DNA of 63,650 nucleotides, the filler included, from Octopus bimaculoides (taxonomy: Eukaryota), in assembly GCF_001194135.2 (NCBI RefSeq). It is 7 parts of 6 records of this genome, joined end to end, with 100 filler letters (N's around TTAATTAATTAA, not from the genome) between each part and the next. Parts side by side here need not be neighbours in the genome. Positions count along the whole stretch, not along the records: positions 48,005 to 52,813 come from NC_068985.1; positions 52,914 to 63,650 come from NC_068982.1; 5 more parts are not named here. One strand, written 5' to 3'. Positions 49,205 to 62,764 of the stretch are shown piece by piece; the stretch's first letter is position 1, and every line of letters starts with the position of its first letter. Made by a program: the position numbers and the translations under genes. Below the pieces are notes generated by a model, which searched no databases, had not been told where the DNA came from, and saw nothing but the letters and a program-made list of their open reading frames with translations.

Positions 49205-50768
49205 ATATGTATATGTAAATACATGTGTGTTTGTGCGTGTGTGTGTATACACATATGGCTTTGCTCAATGATACAAAAATCTGTAGAGGAATGTTTATCT
49301 TTATTTTTCTCTTTAGATATTCATATGTTCTTAAGAAGTAATTTTATAAAATCGATAATATGAGTTTCTATCCCAAGTACAGCAATTTCTATTTTCATAA
49401 GGATTCTTGCTCCGTTATATTCTATCTAAATCATGTATGCTGCTTTTACTTTATAGAATGCTTATCTTTATATATCATATTTAATTTATATGCAAAAGAG
49501 GTCTGTAGCAAAACAATTTTAACCTGTTTCTGAAGGCTTCCATGGATGCAGTAAGCTCTGAAGAACACAGGAAAGGTATAACATATCAAGCTTAATTGCT
49601 TGATATTTTATCGGTGACCTATTTCAAATATTGGTGTAAAATTTTGACACAGGGCGAGAAATTTGGGGGCAGGGGGTTAGTTGATTTCATTGATCCCCAA
49701 AATGATGAAAGGTCAGGTCGACCTACGCGGGATTTGTACTTAGAACGAAAAAACAAACGAAATGCCGCGAAGCATTCTGCCGGTGTGCTAACAATTCTGT
49801 CAGTTCACTACTTAGCACTATTTCAAATATGTATGTATATATGTATTTGTATAAAATTGGTGTTTTTACGGACCCGTAACTTAGCGGTTCGACGAAGAGA
49901 CCGATAGAATAATGACTAAGCTTACAAAAATAAGTCATGGGGTTGATTTGTTCGATTAAAAGGCAGTGCTCCAGCATGGCCAGAGTCAAATGACTGAAAT
50001 GATTAAAAGAATAGATGAATCAATCTAGCTTTTAGCAAAGTATAATTATCTAACATAACCAAAATCTGTTGCAATGCGAAAAATCTCCGGTAGGATTGAT
50101 GCCGCATATAGGGGTCGAAGAAACAGAAAATAATTAATCATAGAAAATTTCAAGTATTTTCTTCTAAGCCCTCAAATGCATTGTACTCAAAATACTCTGA
50201 ACCTAAATAGACTGCGGTCTCAGTGTTAGAATAATCTGCGTGTGTTGTGGCAAATAAATTATTAATGCTTATACCATTAAGCAAATATTTATAATTTGGG
50301 AACTATCTGGAGATGATGGCTGCTGTCGATTTTTATTATTCTCTTTCTATTATTTCTTTAGTTTTCCTCCATATACATTTTTCCCTACTACTCTGAAATT
50401 TCGAGGGAACTTCACTAAACTACGGTTTTCATTAGTTGTTCCGCTTGAACTATAAATAGTTGATTTTCCAATGTTTAAAACTAATATATTATTAGTTTTG
50501 TAATTGACGTACTTTTCTAACGTTAATTGAGTGTATAAGTAATGCCGGATTTTGTTGTTAGGGTCATTTCTGCAGATTTTGTATGGAAATTATAGCCAAC
50601 CCAGGTTTTTGTTACTATGTTTCGTATTCGAGTACACCTAGAAGTGATGTAATAGCACTGCTAAAACTCTAGAACAAATATTGACTTATAAAAGCGTTTA
50701 ATATACTTTGTAGTATATTATGTAGTATATATTAGAAACACGAATTCCCTCAAGTCATTAATATTTAC

Positions 50769-50907
50769 GTTCCAGCTTCCAGAAATGTGTTTAATATGTA
50801 AAATTGGTATATCCAATAATGTTACATCGCTATATATAGTGACTATAAGCAATGTGTTCGTAGATGTCGAATAGTTTGCATGGGTGCAGATGAAGTAGCA
50901 AAATCTC
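50769..50907 (-). CDS. Candidate exon (phase 2 to 0), weakly CUB-like
   Basis: Acceptor gtaattttttcAG and donor AAC|GTAAAT; RFCYFICTHANYSTSTNTLLIVTIYSDVTLLDIPILHIKHISGSWN. Confidence 0.3.
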
Positions 50908-51296
50908 CTGAAAAAATTACATCTACACAAATTACTCATTTTTCCTTTTCGATCTTGTAGGATACTATGACCTAGCAAAAGTGAACTTCACTTCATCGAT
51001 GCCTTCTTTGTTATGGTAGTAGACTAATTAACTGTCTGTTTGCATCAACCTGATCATTTTAATTACATCTGTACCTTTTAATACCTTTTGACCCTGTACC
51101 TTTGAATTCCAGCAGGCTTCTATACAGTTTCCGTTTACCCAGCTCATTAACAAATTATGTTAAAAGTTATATGCATGCATATGTATATATGTGTGTTTGC
51201 GTCATCATTTCTAGTCAAATTGTCAATGCTTTCTGGATCACATGTAACCAACTCTGTCTGACTGTCCTTCTCTCTCTCTATATATATAAATGTGTG

Positions 51297-51335
<39 letters not shown>

Positions 51336-51867
51336 ATGTATATATAGGTTTCTCTGTGCGTGTGCATGTGTGCGTGTGTCTATCGGTTTGTCCTCAATAC
51401 CGCTTGCCAACTGGTATTAGTTTGATTGCATCCATGTAGTGTAGCGGTTCACGGAGAAAAAAAACCGACAGAATAAGAACCAGGCATAAAACAATGTGCT
51501 GAGATCTATTTGTTCAACTAAAGCACTTCAATGCAACAGCATGGCTGCAGTTTGGAGATTGAAAGAAGTAAACGGTAAAAGATAGAAATAAATAAAAGAT
51601 ATTTGAACGTCGACTATAATGTTAAAACTGCTTGATTAGTTGCATCAGCTCTGAATGATATGAAGGTAACAGTATCAGATACCGTCATTTTAACTCAGGA
51701 TCACCAAACATTTTTCAAAGCGGGCTAGATAACTGAAAGAATGACGAGCGCAGGCCGCATAACCATTTTGTTCAATACAATGCAGTGAATACATATACGT
51801 TGTCTGATCAATAAATATCCGGACTGTAACAACAGTAACAAAGCTGAAGCAGGCAGAGTAAAGTCGG

Positions 51868-52075
51868 TTGCCACAAATTGAAATTATAAGAAAAGCTCAA
51901 CCTTATAGAAATAATAGATATGGATGTGAATTGTGTTCTATGGAAATATATGAAATTTTTAAACTTAGAAATAATCCTAATCTAATCAATAACAGATTAG
52001 ACCTTAGGGTATCATGTGTACACTCCTCTACTCGCACTTTTAAATTAAAAAAAAAAAATAGGCCTTTATTAAGTA
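51868..52075 (+). mobile_element. Penelope-like element, C-terminal endonuclease-region remnant
   Basis: IEIIRKAQPYRNNRYGCELCSMEIYEI..NLINNRLDLRVSCVH matches the pattern KAxPY..CxLCxxEK..LNxRxE..CRH that I recall from invertebrate Penelope-like elements. Confidence 0.6.
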
Positions 52076-53018
52076 ACTAAAGTTATCAAATTATAGTACT
52101 TTACTTCTATTATGGTCATCTAGGACTATCAATTAGCACATATTTATATTGGTAATTGAACCTTTATAACATATATTCCTGATCTCTCACCTTAACATCT
52201 AATCTACTTAAATCAATCATCAGATTCCTGTATTGAATATCCTTGTTATTTCCTAACATCCTTTCTTTTTTCAGTCCCTTAAACCTTAGTAATCACATTA
52301 TTATAAACTAATATAAATCCGATAATAATTTTTATTTTTTATTCACATTATATAAATAAAGCTTACCTATGTGTCTCCTAAATAGTATCATTATCTTATC
52401 TTCAGCTATAATTTTTTTAAGATAATTCAAAATAGTTTTCATAAACCCAATATACTTAATATCCTTAAACTTTACACCCTATCCAGAGCCCCTGAATTCA
52501 ATACTGACATTATTTCATGATTTTTGTGGAAAATAATTACATCTCATTTTATTTATTTTATTAACATACCTCTTATTGTGAAAATATTGGTTAAAGTATT
52601 ATTGTTGTCTGTACCACTATACTGTTACTCTATTCAGACTAAAAGAAAAAAGACATATTTGACCCATATACCTAGGGTTGTAATTCCTCAACATTAATTC
52701 CTCAACATTTTGATAGTAGTAAAATGACCTGATACTACTCTGACCAGTGAAACCTTTACATTCTAATACATTTTATAGCCTTGTCCATGCATACTGCTTA
52801 CACCTTCCCTCTCNNNNNNNNNNNNNNNNNNNNNNNNNNNNNNNNNNNNNNNNNNNNTTAATTAATTAANNNNNNNNNNNNNNNNNNNNNNNNNNNNNNN
52901 NNNNNNNNNNNNNACACCTTTCTATTTTAATCATTTCGACGACAATTTGAAATGATTTAATATGCAAATAATTCTATTTTTAAAAGAAAAAAAAAATGTA
53001 GATTTAGATATTGGTTTC

Positions 53019-53102
53019 AAATTTTGGCACAAAGCCAGCAAATTTTGGCACAAAGCCAGCAAATTTTGGCACAAAGCCAGCAAATTTTGGCACAAAGCCA
53101 GC
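53019..53102 (+). repeat. 21-bp perfect tandem repeat x4 (AAATTTTGGCACAAAGCCAGC) within a SINE A tail
   Basis: Direct inspection. The unit equals the reverse complement of the SINE A 3' region. Confidence 0.95.
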
Positions 53103-53104
53103 AA

Positions 53105-53460
53105 TTACATCGATTCCAGTGCTCGACTCGTACTTGTCTTATCGACCTCGAAAAGATAAGGTAAGGTCCACATAAGAATTTGAATTCAAAACGTAAAGAC
53201 GGACGAAATGCCGCTAAGCCTTTTTCCCAGCGTGCTAACGATTCCCATTTCTTTACTGCCCACAAGGGGCTATACACAGAGGGGACAAACGGATTAAGTC
53301 GATCATAACGACCTCAGTGCGTAACTGGTACTTATTTAATCGACCCCGAAAGGATGTAAGGCAAAGTCGACCTCGGAATTTGAACTCAGAATGTAGCGGC
53401 AAACGAAATACTGCTAAGCATTTCACCTGGCATGCTAACGATTCTGCCAGCTCGCGCCTT
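53105..53460 (-). mobile_element. Two SINE family A copies
   Basis: Match to the family A consensus on the minus strand. Confidence 0.8.
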
Positions 53461-54117
53461 CATCTATTATCAGGCATTAATATCAGCGAATTGATAGAAT
53501 CTTTAGAACAGGTGACACGCCTTGCAGTATTCATTCCCACTATATGTACTGCGAGTTCAAATCCTGTTAGGGCCATTTTGTGGTACTTCCATCCTATTGT
53601 GGTCGATCAATGAAATACAGGTCTAGTACTGGGGTTCATACAACTCAACCTGCTTCTCTATAGATTGTATTAATATTTCAAGGATTTAGTATCATAGTCA
53701 AATCGTGTCACACTAATTCACCTTAAAGATTGCACTAAAGCAATACGTTTATAACGAATGACCTTGTAAGCGGTTGAATATTTAACCAGCAGCTTACAGT
53801 TAATTTGACGAGTAGAAATGAGGGAATTCCTTTAGTTGAACGTTTGGATGTTTATTGTTGAGATCAATATTCAAAATCAAAGTTACAGAAATGAGATGAG
53901 ATGTTAGGTGAAAAGTTGAGTAAAGTTGGGAAGAATAGTTAACTCTCTCACCGGATATGTTGGGCAATTAAACATAATTTCAAATTTTGGGTTCTCCTTT
54001 TCGTTTCTAGGAATCAGGCAATCTCTCTTTTTGTACATCGGGGTTAAGACATGCAGTATGTTTTGCTTTTATTATCGCTGAGGCTGTGCTTGCTGTCAAT
54101 ATACAACGAGTATAAAA

Positions 54118-54665
54118 AGGCGGCGAGCTGGCAGAATCGTTAACGCGTCAGGCAAAATGCTGCGCAGCATTTCCTCTCTCTTTAGATTCTGAGTTCAAAT
54201 TCTTCCGGGGTCGACCTGCCTTTCATCCTTTCGAGGTCGATAAAATAAGTACCAGTTGATCACTGGGGTCGATTTAATCGATTTAATCCTCCCTCGAAAT
54301 TGCTGGCCTTGTGTCAAAATTTGAAAGCAATATATGAAGAGAATGAGGGGTCAATAAATTAAGTACCAGTTACGCAGTGGGGTCGATGTAATCGACTTAA
54401 TCCCTTTGTCTGTCCTTGTTTGTCACCTCTATGTTTAACCCCTTGTGGGCAATAAAGAAATAAGAATCGTTAGCACGTCGGGCAAAATGCTTCGCGGCAT
54501 TTTCTCCGTCTTTATGTTCTGAGTTTAAATTTTACTGGGGTCGACTTCATTTTGTTTTTTTTTTGGTGGGGGTCGATAAAATAAGTACTATTCGAGCATT
54601 GGGGACGATGTAATCAGCTTACCCCTCCCTCGAAATTGCTGGCCTTGTGCCAGCATTAGTAACCA
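54118..54665 (+). mobile_element. SINE family A cluster (2-3 copies)
   Basis: Starts GGCGGCGAGCTGGCAGAATCGTTAAC, with B box GAGTTCAAAT. Further copies at about 55570-55760 and 58178-58392. Confidence 0.85.
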
Positions 54666-55275
54666 ATATATGGCGAGAATATTTAACATGTGAATGTATA
54701 ATCAGGCTGAGACCATTTTTTTTTTGTTCTTGCAGTCAGTGTTTCTAAGTGGTAAAGTTTATTAACTTCTAGCCAAAGGGGGAACAGCGTTGCTTTGAGA
54801 AATCAATCTCTGTTTTAGTATTTCTTTTAAAATATCTTTATAGTGTAAAGTGAAGAATAAAGACAAAATTAATATTTATTTTACGTACAAAATGAATTCC
54901 CTGTTTTTTTTTTTTTGTATACCTCTTTCGAATTTATCAAAGTAAGAGAAAATAGCGAGCTCGATTAAAAATAAAAAAGTATAATAATCAATGTCAGAAT
55001 TGAGTATATATACATCAAATAGGCATCGATTTGACGTTATTCACGATTCAACATTCACAAAGAAAATATTTCAAAAAATAAATAAACCTCTTGAAACAAG
55101 TTTGATTATCTCCCCTTTGCATGAAAATTAATTACAGTTTCCATCAGAAACGGGTTTTATTTGTGATGTATTCGCCCAAAAATATGAATCACATGCTTAG
55201 ATGGAACCACAGCAAGGATTAAAAGAAGTAAGGCAAGAATTTCTTAAAAAACTGTCCTCAGAATCCGAAATCACG

Positions 55276-55307
<32 letters not shown>

Positions 55308-55859
55308 TGTGTGTATTTATTTATTTTTAGGAGTGGTCTTTGTATATATATATACATACCTCTCTGTGTGTGCATGTGTGTGCGTGTTTGCTTGTGTGCA
55401 CATATATGTGCTATATTTGTAGAGCGACATTTGGCTGAGCATGTTGTAGCTGTGGATACTTACTGCTGATGACGTGCAACACACAGAAATCACGTGTTCC
55501 AGCTGTTCTATGTAGGTACATATTGCAATATATACATATATTCGTATATGTTTGTATGCATGTATACGTGTATGGGAGAGCTGGAAAATCGTTAGAGAGT
55601 CGGAAAAAATACCATGCAGTATTTCTTCCGGTTTATTACAATCTGTAAACAAATACTACCGAGATCATCATTGCTTTCAGCTTTTCGGGGGTCGATGAAA
55701 TAAATACCAGTCAAGTACTGGGATCAACTGTTGGCCTTGTGTCAAAATTTAAAACAATTCTTCTTCTTCTTCTGATGATGATGATGATGAGGAGGAGGTG
55801 GAGGAAAAAGACGAATCTTTAGCATGCTGGGCAAAATGCTTAGCGGTATTTCGTCTGCC

Positions 55860-55948
<89 letters not shown>

Positions 55949-55955
55949 ATTATTG

Positions 55956-55992
<37 letters not shown>

Positions 55993-57194
55993 TATTATTA
56001 TTATTATTATTCTGTGAGCAGGCAGAATCCTTAGCACGTCGGACATCATGCTTTCATATAGGTACGCATATGCATTGTTACATGTACGTATACATGACAA
56101 AACACTCCTTCACTCACTCTTTCTCTCTTTTTCTTTCTCTCTTCCTCTCTCTCTCTCTCTCCCTCTCCCTCTCTCTTTCTTTCACACACACACGCCCATT
56201 TCATATACACGTACATACATCTTTCACTTTCTCCTCTCTTTCCCTTTTAAACAAAAGTATATAAATTAAAAGGTTTTTACGGAAATTAACGAACTCCGGA
56301 TGATGAAATCACATTCAGGTAAAAATATTTCTAAATGATTAAAATATTGTGTACGTCAAAAAGTCGACTTTTTTTTCCTAGAGAGATCGAAGACTATGTG
56401 TGTGTATATGTCACAGATAGCGGACGTGTGTTTGTGTTGATTGACACGCCATAACACTCATTATATGTGTGTATGTGGTTGACGTCACGGAAGCAATGTT
56501 TTTTCGTCAAGAAATAACAAACAAAAATTGTGTTTAATTGTTTAGATAGAGGTTCAAATATCACAAAAAATTGTACTGCACTGCCGAAGGTAGATAAGTA
56601 TGAAAATAAAGATACAAAAGAAAAAGAATTAAGATGAAATACACTATTTCTGAGATATTTCGATTACAGTCAAACATCCCTAGAGTTTTAGTATATTGAG
56701 ATTTGTTTATTTGGGCTATTCTGTATATAAGGTATTTTACCATTGAAGACATTGTTTTTAAATGCCTCGTTGTAATGATGGCTAGTACGGTTGAAGGATT
56801 CCAGAAAATTGACATTCACTTACTAATATTAGTAACTAAGTTTCTATGGATTATTATCGATCGTTGCTGTTAATATAATGCAATTAATTGTTAGGCTTAG
56901 TTAGGTTTACTCTATGTGCAGCATTTGCTAGTGGCTAACACTAGCACTTTTATTTTAAGATATTAATCATACTCCACTATAAATTTTTAGGTACTAGTAA
57001 ATATTATCTCTATAATAGGCCTAACGAGAAATTGACGATAGATATATGAATATTCTTTTTCCCGACACTTATTTCTTACAAAGAGCTCTTGTTTCTGGCC
57101 CGTCTCAACCTCAATGCACGACAATGTGTAAGAGTCGAATTGTTTTAAGATTAATGAAGTGATGCGCATTTGTTTGCCACTGTGCGTGTATGTG

Positions 57195-57335
<141 letters not shown>

Positions 57336-57479
57336 TTGCATGTGTTGTGTTTTGGTGGAAGAAGTTTTCTTACGGTTGACATGTATTACTGCCAAGACTA
57401 TTCCTTTGGAATAGCTTATTGTTTTCTGATTTGGTTGTTCGGGGAGTTTCGATTTCTGATTTTGTTGTCATTCTTGTCG

Positions 57480-57950
57480 TTATTACTCCTTACGTTGTTT
57501 TTTTTGTTGTTGTAATTATTGTGCATCGTAAGAACAGCGGACGATCTGATATTGGCTACTACCATATGTGCAGCACATCAATCTTCTTCCATCTGCAAAA
57601 ATTTGACGTGATCTGTTATTGTCCGGTAAATGCGTTCGGCGACCATTTAGAACTCTGCATGGGTGGAACAAAATTTATGGCTTCACTCTGACCTTTGGGA
57701 GGTGGTTCCTCTTATCCATGTTCTTATAGGGTCATTACAAAATTTTGCATGATTGTATGAAGGGATGCGTCGTTATATAACCTTGGTTACAGTCGGTCCA
57801 CATAGGAGCACATATTTTTCAGAGTTTCATACTATCATTGTTTGCTTTAGGGCCAGAACTATGCCGAATTTCCTACCCCTGTTTACTAGCCATTGGCACC
57901 AATACTTCTTTCAAACATTTCTCAGCTTTTTGCCAGTGTTGTATAAGTAC
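57480..57950 (-). mobile_element. Highly decayed RTE-like LINE fragment
   Basis: The minus strand gives RKFGIVLALKQTMIV and HLPDNNRSRQIF, reminiscent of FGLxISxKKT and RMPDxRLPKQIF. Confidence 0.3.
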
Positions 57951-58861
57951 GTTACTAATTTTCTTGCAACGGTGGAATACAGAAATCATCTAACTTCACG
58001 CTATATCCTATTTCGGCAATGCGTCCAGTCTCTGAAAGCTTTCTTGCCACGATGTACACGTACGGGCGAGGAAGTGATGAAAAGGGCAATTTGAGTGGCA
58101 AAAACCTCTCCTTGCTTGGATTCGCTTCTCCCCACTTCCACTTTTGTTGACTGGCTGGCGATTTTGCAGATATGTATAAGGCGGCGAGCTGGTAAAATCG
58201 TTAGCACGCCGGGCAAAATGCTTAGCGACATTTCGTCTGCCTATACGTTCTGAGTTCAAATTCTGCCAAGCTTGACTTTGTCTTTTATCCTCTCGGAGTC
58301 GATTAAACAAGTACTAGTTGAGCACTGGGATGTATGTAATTGACTTACTGCCACCCCGAACTTCCTGGTCACCTGCCAAAATTTGGAACCAATATTTCAA
58401 ATATGTTTATATGTCAAAATATTTATCTGTGATTATATTCTTTCTAAAAACATAGCACCAAGAGGCTGGAAACAGTAACAAATCCTTAAAAGGGCAACCA
58501 AACAGCAAATTATTCTGCGACCTACAAGCGAAATAAAGCACGTATTACATAGAATTAAGCAATGAAATAATAATAAAAATAATAATAACGTGTGACTACA
58601 ACACCTTATTTTTGCTTATGCGCGCAGGGTAATAATAACAATGATAATTTATTCTTTATCTGTTCTGTGGCTTAAGGGCTCGAAGTGATACAAATAATAC
58701 GAAGAAACACTTAACAAGTAACTTACAAAGACGTATAGTGTAGGACAAATAAGTTATAGAAAGACGAGGAGAGGGGTGAAAGACGTTATACAATATACAA
58801 ATATAATATACATATACATATACAATATGCATATAGAATATACAGTATACTGCCCAAATAT

Positions 58862-60110
58862 TCACATGGAATAAAGAAATATGATAAAAAACTTCAATAA
58901 AAACAGGATATCCATATATAAACTAAACTTAAGCTTGCGTTGATCGGGCATTCCATGTTTCCGACTAAGCCTCCTCTCAAAATTCCAGAATCTTCCACGA
59001 AGGTCTCTTGTGTTTAATTGGGCAAGTGAAGGCTCACGTCTCATGGATTGTTAAAATATAATATTTTGTAATGTATATACGAAATTTGTACAAGTACTAA
59101 GTTCATCTTATGTTTGAAATGTGACCCCCATGTCTTGCTCGAGTCATACTTCGGCAGGAATTTCTTTGTGTTTTGCACGCCATAGAGCTTTGTGAAGTCT
59201 TGCGAAGGACAAATATTTTTTCCAAGAAGTCGGTTCTTCATCACAGCCACAAGTGGATAAGGAGTGCCGTTAGGGAGTCGTTTCTGGTCGTTGCAGTTGT
59301 TGATGTGAATGACTCTTTTTGCCTTCGTCGATGTATCTAAGACATGGGTTCTTGGGTCTAATTATTCGCCCCTGACAACGAGGAGGGACGCAATTTTATT
59401 TGCCAACTCACTAATTGTGACTGCTACTATTCTACTAGGCTTCCTCTGCAGAAGGCTCTTAAATGGATTTTACTCTCAGACATATAGTAAATGGGTCGTC
59501 TTTCTTGAATACTGAGATTAAATGTCTACCTCTCAGCATCATCTACAAAACAGTTACTGTTTTATGGCCTTGCGGAATCATGAGAACTTTTATGTTCATG
59601 CTGACCTCACCCTCTTACACCACCAAAAGTTACATGCCTGCTGAGTACTTGCCCATGTTCCATGAAGGTGACTATTAGCCAAGAGTAAACCTCGTCACTA
59701 ATGTCTCTTGTTACACCTTTCGAAATACTGCGGAACAGGCTTAGGAACAGTAGTTTTACGTAAAATTTGGGCTTATGCTTTCACATCATCTTCAGTTTTA
59801 GAGATGACACATATGGTGCTGTATGCACTCCTATTCCCAATAGAAAAAAGTGTCACTTAACATATCTGCGACAACTGTTTCCATGTTTTCTTTCAATGAA
59901 ACGAGAAAACCTCGATAGCCACTGTAAAACAGTTAAGTTACCGTTCTTATGCCGGAAGCCTTTGAAGGAATGTAATACGCTGGCGCCTCTTGGTGCTCAA
60001 GATGCCTCCTGTCTTTCGTTCGTCCACCAAAATGTTCCATATTCAGAGTCTTTTTTGCGAAACATAGCTTTTAATTATTCATATTGTGCCTGACGTAGAA
60101 TGTGTCCATA
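58862..60110 (-). pseudogene. Decayed coding region of unknown origin
   Basis: Long frames with sparse stops, including about 105 open codons (about 59355-59041: DPRTHVLDTSTKAKRVIHINN..PYPLVAVMKNRLLGKNICPSQDFTKLYGV..) and YGHILRQAQYE*LKAMFRKKDSEYGTFWWTNERQEA. GC is higher than the flanks. Confidence 0.35.
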
Positions 60111-60799
60111 TATCATTACTGTTGCCAAACGTGTTATTGTGCTGCATTTTCTGTTGGAGTGTTACCGATTTTTGTCTTTTACTATTTGCTTGTTTTTGTG
60201 TTGAAATAATGTTTTTACGTTTTGCTGGAATTTGGATGATGTTTGTTTCCTTTGTTTACATGTTATTTTCTTGAAGAGCGGTCCGAGGGAATGGGAGCCA
60301 GTTACTTGCTTAGCGTTAGACGGTGGAATAAAAATAGAAATATTTTAATGTCGCACTATTCATAATATTTTAAAACTGATATTTTGCATTGTCTCTACTC
60401 GGAACTTTGCTATTCCTCTTTTAGAAACAACGGTGACAAAAAGCGAAAACACGGAACTAGAGTGGTAGCGGTGTAAAATCTCAGTTTTTAACTAAACTAT
60501 TATATCTACTTGCATACACTCTCTCGCTCTCTGTGAACGACTCACACACAGACATTCACGCACACAGACATTCACGTACAAAGACATTCACACACACAAA
60601 CATTCATACTTACGCATATATAACGGATTCTCCCATCGATTTCGATACGTGACCATTCGATTTTTATCAACCAAACTAACTACACATTGAATAAGCGTAT
60701 ATACATACATATATATATACATACATACATACATACATACATAGAAAAGAGAAACTGTGTACAGTTGTGGAAATTAGCTGTCCGGCGGATGTTAAATGT

Positions 60800-61915
60800 T
60801 TTGCACACAACTTGCACATGTAAGTGCTACCAGTCGAAAGCTCCGCATAGCGGAAGCCAGTAAGTGTACTGGATCATCAGGAGAGAATGCGCGCCGTTTC
60901 GGGGTCTACCTCTCGACGGCATCAATGTGCGCCGGTCCTCCTCTGATATGAGGCCCCGCTTGCTAGGTCAACTGATTATCAAATAAAGCTAAATATTCTT
61001 TTAGCCATTGTTCGTCGTCTCTTTTTAACCAAATCCAGTGGCTTGCCTTTTCCACTGTAGTTTGGATATCACTCATGCTGATGTCTGCTTTACGAGGAAT
61101 TAGGCCTAATGATAGCAATAGACACCTCACACTGTCCAACGAATCCTCTACGTTCGATTTCGGCGTCCATGTTATCTTCATGAGGAACCGTTAACTCGAC
61201 TAGATTCACCACTTTTTTTCTTTCACATCACATTATAATATCCGTTTTTTTCGTAACTGGGATGGGAAAGAATCCTTGGCATCCTGGTAAATCTGCAGCC
61301 ACCTCCCAATAGCCGTTTCACTTTTCATCGCTTACAGGAAGTTTCTTCTTGAAACGGATCTGCTGCCCTGAGAGCATGAAGGTAATGGAATCTCCGGCTG
61401 TTTTTTCTCCCCACTGTTGATGAGAGCAATTTGGTTTTTTATAGCATTGACGATAACCTTAAAGACCAGATTGTGTCTCTATGTATATATATATATATAT
61501 ATTCAAGGCCAGTTAACAGTTGGAAAGAATATGGTTCAGTGTTCCGACCTTTCTGCCTTTGTTAAATTTGTAGGCGATGGCAAGACATCATAGGATGAAC
61601 GAATCAGAAAACTTGGCCGAGATGTAGTCCATCTCCATATCTCATTCCAGCTTATATTTCGACAGCATCTTCCTTCCATCTCGTCATCTATCCTTGTTGA
61701 GTGCATTGGATCAAATGAAGCTCTCTTCTCTCTGTTTCCCTTGTTTTGACACTGTTGCCAACAACAGGTCTGCGTTCGCTCCGCATCATACTTGCAAACG
61801 GTCTGAACCGATCTGCGCCAAAACCAAGTCCCTTCCGATGAATTTGCGTTGCACCCACCATATCTCGGTGTGTAAGAGAAGACAGAATGCCATCAGTCTC
61901 TTCTAATTTCCCCTT
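60800..61915 (-). mobile_element. HERO/NeSL-like RLE LINE 3' portion
   Basis: LTHRDMVGATQIHRKGLGFG..ERRPVVGNSV..QCTQQG and VRCLLLSLGL..IQTTVEKASHWIWLKRDDEQW match HRDIVG..GRxGLG..QQG and AExASxWIWLKR. Confidence 0.8.
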
Positions 61916-61988
61916 CCATACATACATACATACATACATATACACACACATAGATACATACACACACATACATACATACATACATACA

Positions 61989-62022
<34 letters not shown>

Positions 62023-62764
62023 CANNNNNNNNNNNNNNNNNNNNNNNNNNNNNNNNNNNNNNNNNNNNNNNNNNNNNNNNNNNNNNNNNNNNNNNNNNNN
62101 NNNNNNNNNNNNNNNNNNNNNNNNNNNNNNNNNNNNNNNNNNNNNNNNNNNNNNNNNNNNNNNNNNNNNNNNNNNNNNNNNNNNNNNNNNNNNNNNNNNN
62201 NNNNNNNNNNNNNNNNNNNNNNNNNNNNNNNATATATATATATATATACATATATATACGTACACATTTATATACATATGTGTATATACATACATATATA
62301 CACATATATATGTACATATATTTTTATGTATGTATATATACATATATATCTATGTATATATACATGTATACACTTATATATGTACACATACACACACACA
62401 GATATATAGCTGTGTGTATATATATATATATATAGCTGTGTGTGCATATGCATATACATATATTTACACGCACATGCACACACATGGAATTATCCTAATG
62501 GTAACACCCATTAAACTTCGAAATATGCTTTAGCTCGCACATGTAACCTATTACACGCCATAGCTATGTAACCTATGTACCATGTCCCGACATAGCTATG
62601 TGCCATGGTTATATCGGTGAATTTATGGTGAAACTTAATCAACAGACCAAACTCAGAAAAGAAAAATACTTACACTGATTATAACTTTTAGATAGATGAG
62701 TGGCATCCGAAAATTTACGAGAGTAGCGAAAACTTAGGAACCATTTTAGCTTCTTTAAATGATA

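Noticed and set aside
55201-55274. MEPQQGLKEVRQEFLKKLSSESEI mini-ORF with donor-like sites
   Set aside because: Weak acceptor, two competing donors and no exon to chain with.
55798-56264. Poly-L, poly-I, poly-Y, VC and HT ORFs (also 21020-21462, 27502-27753, 42600-43011, 47096-47589, 56987-57414)
   Set aside because: Translations of microsatellites.
56480-56493. TGACGTCA next to CGGAAG (CRE plus ETS-like), and other TGACGTCA sites
   Set aside because: Short motifs are expected by chance, and no linked transcription start or first exon was found.
60865-60910. GAAAC...CTGATGA in the HERO-like 3'UTR (minus strand) as a type II hammerhead
   Set aside because: Stems II and III do not pair and there is no valid NUH site.
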